Part shown: piece after piece, positions 56,563 to 64,000 of the stretch
Layout: every line of letters begins with the position of its first letter
Position numbering within the stretch: the stretch's first letter is position 1
Virus record (IMG/VR): IMGVR_UViG_3300047561_000814
Span: 40,478 to 104,477 of that record
Reading direction: 5' to 3' (one strand)
DNA from: a virus
Lineage: Duplodnaviria > Caudoviricetes
DNA: 64,000 nucleotides
Translations under genes and position numbers: made by a program
Notes under the pieces: model-generated
Seen by the model: only the letters and a program-made list of their open reading frames with translations
Database searches by the model: none
What the model was told of the DNA's origin: nothing

Positions 56563-57137
56563 TGGTTGACGTACTACTTAATACTGACGATGTTGTTGTT
56601 ATAGGACCACCAGAGTCAATTGACTTATTAATTGACATTGGACCACAAGGAACTCGTGGTAGTAAGTTTATTGTTGGTTCTGGAGAGCCCAATGCATTAA
56701 CAGCAAGTGGTGTTTTATTTGGAAATACTTTAATTTTAAATGATATGTATATTAATACCGCCCCAGGAGAAAATTATGGATATATGTATCAATATATTTC
56801 CCAGGCTGGTGCAAATACTTGGGTTGAAGTTTTAAAAGTAAGTCCAGCAATTTACTCATCTGTAAGAGCAGTCACATTCACATCTGGTGCAGGATCAACA
56901 ACCATTCCAATATCAAACATTGTAACAGTTAGCGGTTCACCACTTACCGCTTCAAACTTTAATGTTCAGTTTCAAATTGAAGGAGCAAATCCAATTGCTT
57001 CATCAATGGAGATTCCTGCTTTAGTAGGTGCAGGAACAAACTTAGTAATAAATTTTGACGCAGTTCAATATAGCGGTGGCACTTGGTCAGCACTTACTGG
57101 AAGTAAAACGGTCCATTTGTTTATTTCTATAGTTTAA
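56562..57137 (+). CDS. minor tail protein
   Basis: GPQGTRGS; tail-region context. Confidence 0.55.
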   Translation: MVDVLLNTDDVVVIGPPESIDLLIDIGPQGTRGSKFIVGSGEPNALTASGVLFGNTLILNDMYINTAPGENYGYMYQYISQAGANTWVEVLKVSPAIYSSVRAVTFTSGAGSTTIPISNIVTVSGSPLTASNFNVQFQIEGANPIASSMEIPALVGAGTNLVINFDAVQYSGGTWSALTGSKTVHLFISIV

Positions 57138-57171
57138 TATAAAAATGGTATAATTTTAAAGAGGTGACCCA

Positions 57172-57651
57172 ATGGCTGTAGAAAATATAGGAAGTTTAGT
57201 ACCCACCAAGATTCCAGCATTAGCAGATGATGCGGATATTCAAGATGCGCTAAGAGCGTATCATTATGGCTCTTATGATTTTGATACCGCAGAAACAGAT
57301 GCAACAGAACTTTTAAATCCATCAATTGCTTATACAATTAATAGTTTACAAACTCAAATTACTACAAAGGCTGCGCTAGAGGTTTCAGCAAGAGATAGTT
57401 CAAGAGTAACTACAACTGCACCAACTTCTGCTGCGTTCACTGCATTTTCTAATACAATTCCAGATGGTTATATTTGGGTAGACAAAGATGCTACTGCACA
57501 AGTAGGATATATATCAGCAACATCTGTTTATACTGCAACACAGCCAACAACTGGTTTGGCTAACGGTGTTATTTGGATTAAAAAAGGATCAAGCCCTATA
57601 GAGATGTATGTTTATAATGGCGATACTAGCGTTTTTAATCGGGTGATTTAA
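57172..57651 (+). CDS. minor tail protein
   Basis: P..G.IW repeats. Confidence 0.55.
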   Translation: MAVENIGSLVPTKIPALADDADIQDALRAYHYGSYDFDTAETDATELLNPSIAYTINSLQTQITTKAALEVSARDSSRVTTTAPTSAAFTAFSNTIPDGYIWVDKDATAQVGYISATSVYTATQPTTGLANGVIWIKKGSSPIEMYVYNGDTSVFNRVI

Positions 57652-58031
57652 TGCCAACAACTTTTGATGAAGATGGAAAGCCAGGGTATATCTACAACGT
57701 AGCAGATGATAAATGGTATGCCATTTCTGGTAAGACGGATACATCTGGAACTTTTGAATGGGCTGGTCTACAAAGTTATTTATCTTCTGTGACAATGCTT
57801 GAAGCATTAGTTGCAAAAAAAGGTATAAATAATTATCTTAATCCAGCAGCAAGAGACGCCTCAATTTCTTCTCCAACCGCTGGAGCCATATGTGTAATAA
57901 GACAAGATTCAAGCGGTAATGTTATAAATACCTTACAAATTTATGATGGATCAAGTTGGGTATCAATTGCAAGACAATCCTTAGTTGAAGAACTAGAACT
58001 TAGAACTATTATGGGTCTATATACTTTATAA
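57651..58031 (+). CDS. minor tail protein
   Basis: ARDA..P..G..YDGSSW. Confidence 0.55.
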   Translation: MPTTFDEDGKPGYIYNVADDKWYAISGKTDTSGTFEWAGLQSYLSSVTMLEALVAKKGINNYLNPAARDASISSPTAGAICVIRQDSSGNVINTLQIYDGSSWVSIARQSLVEELELRTIMGLYTL

Positions 58032-58074
58032 AAAGATGATATAATAATCCTATACCACAGAAAGGTAGTAATTA

Positions 58075-58389
58075 ATGGCTACAGTAACAAAAGCACTTTC
58101 AAGAACGGCTGCTGCAACTTCAAGCACAACTCTTTATACCGTTCCAAACACATCAACAACGACTGTTGTTACAAATATTGTAATTTCAAATACAGCCGCT
58201 TCAACATCAACAGCAACAATTTTAATTGATGCAATAAATATAATTCCAACAGTCTCAATTGCAGCAAACTCTGTTTTTGGTTTTGACTTAAAGCAGGTTA
58301 TTCCAGCAAATGCAACCCCTAAACTAGTTAGTGGTTATGCATCAACTACTGCTGTAACATTCCACATTAGCGGAGTGGAGATTTCATAA
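58075..58389 (+). CDS. tail-fibre-associated beta protein
   Basis: TTLYTVP..ISGVEI. Confidence 0.55.
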   Translation: MATVTKALSRTAAATSSTTLYTVPNTSTTTVVTNIVISNTAASTSTATILIDAINIIPTVSIAANSVFGFDLKQVIPANATPKLVSGYASTTAVTFHISGVEIS

Positions 58390-59297
58390 TGGCTAGTACA
58401 GTATTTCCAGTAGCAACTTCTTCCAGTGCTTCTGGTCTATCTAAAGCAGTAAATTTAACAAGTTCTGGCACATTTTATACCTTGGTTGACGCAACATTAA
58501 CTGCAGGAAATTATACAATTACTTCACCAAGCACAATTGCCGTAACTGCAACATTTTATGATGCTTCATATACATCAATAGCAAGTGGAACTACAAGTTC
58601 TGGAACTATTGGTGTAATTGTTCCAACTGATGCAAGCAGAGTAATGTTATATGCAGCAGCAGGATCAAGTGTTGGTGTAACAATACAGTTAACTGGTTTA
58701 ATTCTTAGTCCTACGTATACATCTGCTGGCACAGAAACATTAACATCTACTCAAACCTATACAGAATCAAGTACTTCTGGTTATGCCCTGACTTTAGTAG
58801 TTGGTGGTGGTGGTTCTGGTTCAAGTGGTGGATATTATCCAGGCGGTGGCGGTGGATCAGGTGGAATTGCTTTTGGTATTGCTCAATTAACTGGAACCAC
58901 TACAGCCATGGTTGGTAGTTCTAACGGAACTTCAACTTTTGGAGCAATTACTGCAACTGGTGGTGGCACCAACGGAAATTATCAAGGATCCTCTGGTGGC
59001 TCTCCTAACGGAGCCTCTGGTGGCTCAAGTGGTTGTTTTTATGGTGGTGGCGCGGCAGGCTCTGCAACTATAGTTGTAAATTCAGCCATGAATGCTGGAA
59101 CTACTGGTGGTGGTGGCGGGGCTAGAGGAAAGTTTGTTAATCACCCACCAGGTGCTGGCGCTGGCTCAGGTATTGGAACTGGCGGTTCAGGTGGTAATAA
59201 CGGTTCAGCAGGAACAGGATATGGCGCTGGCGGTGGCGGTGCGAACTCATCAGGTGGCGCAGGATCACAAGGCGTAATATATGTTAGGAGATTTTAA
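58389..59297 (+). CDS. glycine-rich tail fibre/adhesin
   Basis: VVGGGGSG..GYGAGGGG..G.QGVIYVR. Confidence 0.7.
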   Translation: MASTVFPVATSSSASGLSKAVNLTSSGTFYTLVDATLTAGNYTITSPSTIAVTATFYDASYTSIASGTTSSGTIGVIVPTDASRVMLYAAAGSSVGVTIQLTGLILSPTYTSAGTETLTSTQTYTESSTSGYALTLVVGGGGSGSSGGYYPGGGGGSGGIAFGIAQLTGTTTAMVGSSNGTSTFGAITATGGGTNGNYQGSSGGSPNGASGGSSGCFYGGGAAGSATIVVNSAMNAGTTGGGGGARGKFVNHPPGAGAGSGIGTGGSGGNNGSAGTGYGAGGGGANSSGGAGSQGVIYVRRF

Positions 59298-59615
59298 ATG
59301 AAACAATATGCTGTTATAGAAAACTCAACCGTTATTAATTTAATTGTTGCAGATTCAAAAGAACTAGCAGAAAACATGACTGGCAAAGAATGTGTTGAAT
59401 CAGATAGTCCTCAAATTATTGTTGGTTCTGTTTTGGTTGATAATATCTTAAAACCATATGCCTCTTGGATACTAAACAGTGACAATGAATGGATTCCACC
59501 AAAACAATACCCAACAGGACTTAAAGATCTTCGTAAATTCCCTCTATGGAATGAAGAAAAAAATGATTTTGACTTATTTGATATACCAGAAATTGATCTT
59601 GGTTCTAATCCTTAA
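59298..59615 (+). CDS. partner protein of the Gly-rich fibre
   Basis: YAVIEN..VINLIVA..PYASW..W.PP..P..WNE. Confidence 0.55.
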   Translation: MKQYAVIENSTVINLIVADSKELAENMTGKECVESDSPQIIVGSVLVDNILKPYASWILNSDNEWIPPKQYPTGLKDLRKFPLWNEEKNDFDLFDIPEIDLGSNP

Positions 59616-59625
59616 TAAAAAATAT

Positions 59626-59672
59626 AAAAAAAAATACCCCCAAGGCATATAGCCAAGGGGGATTTTTTATTT
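59626..59672. terminator. bidirectional terminator
   Basis: GC hairpin flanked by A- and T-runs between convergent genes. Confidence 0.6.
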
Positions 59673-59677
59673 AATTG

Positions 59678-60220
59678 TTATTTACATGGATATTTGTTGT
59701 ACCACTCTTGATACCGTGTTCCATTTATGGAAGTCCAAGCAGACCAGTCTTTTCCACCCTTAGTCATATGTAGAGTAATCTGTGCATTTACTACTGGATT
59801 TAGTAGTTCAGCATTTGAGTCTAACTCAAACTTATCTCTACGATCTGACCCTAGTTCTCCAAGCATGTTGATCTGAAATACTCCATAAGAACTATCTCCA
59901 GTTTTTACATTGCCGTTAAAGGCAAGAGGACGACCATTAGATTCTGCCTTTGCAATAGCACAAGCAGACCTTAAAGCCTTTCCTTCAAACCCAACCTGAC
60001 GCAACATATCAACTAACTGCCCATCAGTCAAATTATGAGCATTTTCATACTTTTCTAATTTTTTGTCTTTAGAAACCAAAAAAGCCACCTGTTGGGTGGC
60101 AGATTTCACGGATTGCTTAATTAGTAAGTTATTTTCATTTGTTGCATTTGCTGAAGCCGAAAAGACGGTACTGCAAATAACCAACGTTAATACCCCTAGC
60201 CAAACATTTGCTTCTCTCAT
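59678..60220 (-). CDS. secreted lysozyme-like lytic transglycosylase (SLT/Rpf-like)
   Basis: Signal peptide; AIAKAESNG, YGVFQIN, W.AW; TTGACC-17-TATAAT promoter, aggagg RBS. Confidence 0.8.
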   Translation of the reverse strand: MREANVWLGVLTLVICSTVFSASANATNENNLLIKQSVKSATQQVAFLVSKDKKLEKYENAHNLTDGQLVDMLRQVGFEGKALRSACAIAKAESNGRPLAFNGNVKTGDSSYGVFQINMLGELGSDRRDKFELDSNAELLNPVVNAQITLHMTKGGKDWSAWTSINGTRYQEWYNKYPCK

Positions 60221-60365
60221 TGTAGAATACCTCCTAGAGAACAAATGCTACCAATAGGTAGCATGTATTAATTATAACACTAATTTGGCTCTTTGGTCAA
60301 GTTAAGGCAATAAAATATAAAAATACTTTAAATATTATATTAGTTAATGGTATAATGATATAACT

Positions 60366-60812
60366 ATGGCACAATATAGAAACCCCGATGAATCTGCAAT
60401 TACGCCTCAACCAACGGCTCCAGCAACGTACAGTCTTGGAAATATTCCACCATTAGTTAACTGGACAGTTGTTATTGGAGATAGTGCATCTTTTAGAATT
60501 TATGTAGAAGATGATCTTGGAAATGAATTAGATTATACAAATGATGAAAGCGGAGATATTACTGGCTGGGATATCAAAGCAGATTTTAGACGGTATTCAG
60601 ATAATATCGGAACCGACCTAATATTTAGTATAACTCCATATGCAACAGTATTTGATGATGCAGGAGAATTCACAGTAACTTTATCCCCAGCACAATCTAA
60701 GCAACTAAGAACTGGTGATGTATTTGATGTTCAGTTAACCGATGCTAATCGTGTTTGGACGGTATGTCAAGGTGAAATGATTATGATAGGCGAAGTTACA
60801 GATCAGAGTTAA
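60366..60812 (+). CDS. virion structural protein (BppU-N/Ig-like)
   Basis: WTVVIGDSA..FDVQL..G.M; paralog of 54971. Confidence 0.55.
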   Translation: MAQYRNPDESAITPQPTAPATYSLGNIPPLVNWTVVIGDSASFRIYVEDDLGNELDYTNDESGDITGWDIKADFRRYSDNIGTDLIFSITPYATVFDDAGEFTVTLSPAQSKQLRTGDVFDVQLTDANRVWTVCQGEMIMIGEVTDQS

Positions 60813-60815
60813 TAA

Positions 60816-61157
60816 ATGGCTACTACAACAATCAGCAATATATCAAACCCTGTTTCTCTTCAAGATATAAAACCAACAAAAACCCTCTCAAATATAAAAC
60901 CCTTTAACTCAACAGCATCTAATGTTGCTTTAGGTGCAGTTCTTGCTATTGCTACATTAACTAATACCGTCGCAGTTTCTGATTTAAAACCAATACCGTC
61001 AAATTTTCAAAAAGTAGACTATGCAAAAGTTATTACACCAGCATCAGTTTTGCCTTTTAGGCTTACACTTACAAACATTGGTATTGAGGGATACAACCCA
61101 GCAAATCCTCCTGGAATTGGTATTCAGATAATTGGTTTCTCTAATTATATTCTTTAA
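60816..61157 (+). CDS. hypothetical tail-region protein
   Basis: ORF with S.IKP repeats. Confidence 0.5.
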   Translation: MATTTISNISNPVSLQDIKPTKTLSNIKPFNSTASNVALGAVLAIATLTNTVAVSDLKPIPSNFQKVDYAKVITPASVLPFRLTLTNIGIEGYNPANPPGIGIQIIGFSNYIL

Positions 61158-61177
61158 CATAATGATATAATAACCTC

Positions 61178-61624
61178 ATGGCAAAGATATCAACCACCAA
61201 CGTAAAGGCCCTGTTTCAGACAGGCGATAGACCAACTCAGGAAAACTATATAGATTTAATTGATAGTACTTCTGCTAGGTCTACCGATCTTGGATCAGAC
61301 GGCAATAACGAGTTAACAATTAATGGAATTGAGAACTCAACAGTATTTGATAGTTTTGCATCAAGTGAGTTTAGATCAATGAAATATATGATCTCACTCA
61401 AGCATGTAGCAGGCGGTGCAAATAAGTACTCTGTTACAGAATTAACAATATTGAATGATGGATCAGATGTATCTGTTAGTCAATATGGCACTATTGAAAA
61501 TGATGGGAATATTGGCACCATCTCTGTTTCAAAGGCTGGAGACACAGTTTCACTAACTGTGGTTCCTGTGGGGGGAAGTACACCTATAACTCTACGCTAT
61601 TTGCGTATGGGATTAAAGGCCTAA
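61178..61624 (+). CDS. tail-associated protein
   Basis: FQTGDRPTQ..DLIDS; C-domain similar to that of 61640..63946 (KY.I..E..I..DG). Confidence 0.6.
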   Translation: MAKISTTNVKALFQTGDRPTQENYIDLIDSTSARSTDLGSDGNNELTINGIENSTVFDSFASSEFRSMKYMISLKHVAGGANKYSVTELTILNDGSDVSVSQYGTIENDGNIGTISVSKAGDTVSLTVVPVGGSTPITLRYLRMGLKA

Positions 61625-61639
61625 CCAAGGAGATAAAAG

Positions 61640-63946
61640 ATGGCAACAGTAACAAAAGACTTTAGAGTAAAATCGGGACTGATAGTTGAGGGATCAACTG
61701 CAACCGTTAATGGAAAAAATGTAATCACAGCAGGCATCGTTGATGCTAAAGGTGATTTAATTGTTGGTAGCGCAGATGACACAGTAGTTCGTCTTGCCGC
61801 TGGAACAAATAACTATGTTCTTACAGCAGATTCAAATGAAACAAGTGGTTTAAAATGGGCAGCACCAGCAGCCGTTGGTACTTTTGATACAAGTATTGTA
61901 TTTGAAGGTGCAACAGCAGATGCTTATGAAACAACTCTTGCAGTAGTAGATCCAACTCAAGATAATACAATTACGCTTCCTAACGTAACAGGCACTGTAG
62001 TTACAACTGGTGATACTGGAACAGTCTCAGCAACAATGCTTGCTTCAGATTCAGTAACCACTGTAAAGATTTTAAACGCTAACGTAACAGCAGCAAAACT
62101 TGCTTCAGATTCTGTAGAGACAGCAAAGATTGTTGACGCTAACGTAACTAACGCTAAACTTGCTGCAGATTCAGTTACAACAGCAAAGATTACAGACTCA
62201 AACGTAACAGCAGCAAAATTGGCTGCAGATTCAGTTACAACTGTAAAGATTCTTGATGCTAACGTAACAGATGCAAAACTTGCTGCAAACTCAGTTACAA
62301 ATGCTAAGATTGCAGATTCAGCAGTAGACACAGCAGAAATTGCAGCAGTTGCAGTAACAGCAGCAAAACTTGCTACAGATTCAGTTGAAACATTAAAGAT
62401 TAAAGACCTAAACGTAACTACTGGCAAACTTGCAGATAGTGCAGTCACTACAGGAAAGATTACAGATTTAAACGTAACTACTGGTAAACTTGCAGACCTA
62501 AACGTAACTACTGGCAAACTTGCAGATAGTGCAGTGACTACAGGAAAGATTACAGATTTAAACGTAACTACTGGCAAACTTGCAGATAGTGCAGTGACTA
62601 CAGCAAAAATTACAGATGCTAACGTAACCGCTGCTAAACTTGCTGCAGATTCTGTAGAAACAGCAAAAATTGTAGATCAGGCAGTTACTTCAGCAAAGAT
62701 TGCTAACGATACAATTGTAAACGCAGACATTAACTCTGCAGCAGCAATTGATCAATCAAAGATTTCAGGATTGACAACAGACCTTGGTAACAAACTAGCA
62801 CTTGCTGGTGGTACAATGTCTGGCGCAATTGCAATGGGTACAAACAAAATCACAGGTCTTGGAGAGCCAACATCTGCACAAGATGCAGCAACAAAATCTT
62901 ATGTAGACACAACAGTTCAAGGAATTGACTGGAAAGCATCCGTACGTGCAGCAACAACTGCAAACGTAACACTTGCTTCTGCTCTTGAAAATGGAGACGT
63001 TCTTGACGGTGTAACTCTTGCAACAGGTAACCGTGTTCTTGTTAAAGATCAATCAACCGCTTCAGAAAACGGTATTTATGTAGTAGCATCCTCTGGAGCA
63101 CCAACTCGTTCAATTGATGCAGATACAGGTGCTGAAGTTACTTCAAACTTTGCGGTATTCGTAGAAGAAGGATCAGTAAATGCTGACTCTGGATTTACAT
63201 TAACAAACAACGGTGCAATTACAATTGGTACTACATCACTTGTCTTTACCCAGTTTACTGGTCTTGGACAAATTGTTGCTGGTACAGGATTAGACAAGAC
63301 TGGAAACACTCTTGATATTGATTCAACTGTAGTAACATTAACAGGTACACAAACTCTTACAAACAAGACACTAACATCACCAACATTAACAACTCCTGAT
63401 CTTGGAACTCCATCAGCAGGAACTTTAACAAACGCCACTGGTCTTCCAGTAGCAACTGGTATCTCAGGTCTTGGAACTGGCGTAGCAACATTCCTTGCTA
63501 CACCATCTTCTTCAAACCTTGCAGCAGCATTAACTGATGAAGCAGGGTCTGGAACAGTAGCATTTACTACTAGCCCAACTTTTGTTACACCAACTCTTGG
63601 TGCAGCAGCAGCGACAAGTATTGCTCTTCCAGATGCTCTTGTTGGTTCTGCTCTTGCTACCGCATCAACTTCAGCAACAACAATTGACACATGGTCAGCA
63701 AGCACTTATTCATCTGCAAAGTATATTGTTCAGATGAAAAAAGGTACTGACATTGAAGTAATTGAATTACTTGTTACAGTTGATGGATCAAACAACGTTT
63801 ACTTAACAGAGTATGCAGATGTAATCAGCAACGCTGAACTAGGAACAACTAACGCTGTTTACAGTGGTGGAAACGTTCTTCTTCAGGTAACTGGTGCAGC
63901 AGTAGATACCGCTGTTAAGGTACACAAGATTTATATTGAAGCATAA
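61640..63946 (+). CDS. long tail fibre with 10-aa repeats
   Basis: (V..AK(L/I)AD.S)n; [22 protein letters not shown] module. Confidence 0.8.
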   Translation: MATVTKDFRVKSGLIVEGSTATVNGKNVITAGIVDAKGDLIVGSADDTVVRLAAGTNNYVLTADSNETSGLKWAAPAAVGTFDTSIVFEGATADAYETTLAVVDPTQDNTITLPNVTGTVVTTGDTGTVSATMLASDSVTTVKILNANVTAAKLASDSVETAKIVDANVTNAKLAADSVTTAKITDSNVTAAKLAADSVTTVKILDANVTDAKLAANSVTNAKIADSAVDTAEIAAVAVTAAKLATDSVETLKIKDLNVTTGKLADSAVTTGKITDLNVTTGKLADLNVTTGKLADSAVTTGKITDLNVTTGKLADSAVTTAKITDANVTAAKLAADSVETAKIVDQAVTSAKIANDTIVNADINSAAAIDQSKISGLTTDLGNKLALAGGTMSGAIAMGTNKITGLGEPTSAQDAATKSYVDTTVQGIDWKASVRAATTANVTLASALENGDVLDGVTLATGNRVLVKDQSTASENGIYVVASSGAPTRSIDADTGAEVTSNFAVFVEEGSVNADSGFTLTNNGAITIGTTSLVFTQFTGLGQIVAGTGLDKTGNTLDIDSTVVTLTGTQTLTNKTLTSPTLTTPDLGTPSAGTLTNATGLPVATGISGLGTGVATFLATPSSSNLAAALTDEAGSGTVAFTTSPTFVTPTLGAAAATSIALPDALVGSALATASTSATTIDTWSASTYSSAKYIVQMKKGTDIEVIELLVTVDGSNNVYLTEYADVISNAELGTTNAVYSGGNVLLQVTGAAVDTAVKVHKIYIEA

Positions 63947-63964
63947 CTAGAATAGAGGTTAGAA

Positions 63965-64000
63965 GTGGCAACAGTAAATAAAGACTTCAGGGTAAAGCAC
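63965..64000 (+). CDS. start of a paralogous fibre gene (truncated by the window)
   Basis: GTG-ATVNKDFRVKH vs [12 protein letters not shown]; gagg RBS. Confidence 0.65.
   Translation, partial: MATVNKDFRVKH

Noticed and set aside
60221-60300. c-di-AMP (ydaO) riboswitch upstream of the Rpf-like gene
   Set aside because: The leader is only about 45 nt with a single hairpin (atgctacc-tatt-ggtagcat).
1-64000. Stop-codon reassignment, integrase/prophage boundary or reverse-transcriptase system
   Set aside because: Genes are intact under code 11 using all three stops; no suppressor tRNA, integrase, RT or host-like flank was recognised.

Overview
A 64-kb segment of a large, AT-rich tailed dsDNA phage. 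The host is inferred to be an actinobacterium, probably a low-GC freshwater one; the evidence is WhiB, GP88, an MSMEG_6728-type glycosylase, many leaderless promoters and actinobacterial operator motifs. Layout: (1) 1-25.9 kb, + strand: DnaE C-terminus, RecA, resolvase/Cas4/RuvC-like nucleases, terminase, two secreted surface proteins, CHAP endolysin, tRNA-Gly and tRNA-Glu, Hsp20 and accessory genes. (2) 25.9-50 kb, - strand: a glycan-synthesis operon, four tRNAs, Fe/stress genes, a repeat-rich non-coding zone, then an early-type region of short transcription units with tRNA-Asp. (3) From 50.1 kb, mostly + strand: small genes, then tail/baseplate/fibre genes. The most interesting signals are non-coding and lie mainly at 42-50.4 kb. 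There are seven promoters with the exact TGTC(A/T)G-N10-TAnnnT geometry of the PafBC/RecA-NDp DNA-damage promoter, flanked by helically phased CRP/GlxR-like boxes and by DnaA-, LexA- and WhiA-like boxes. There is a seven-copy covarying H-type RNA pseudoknot placed 3' of genes. There is also a promoter-driven candidate ncRNA that displays one 18-nt motif four times. All protein calls come from motif recognition by eye; no database search was run.
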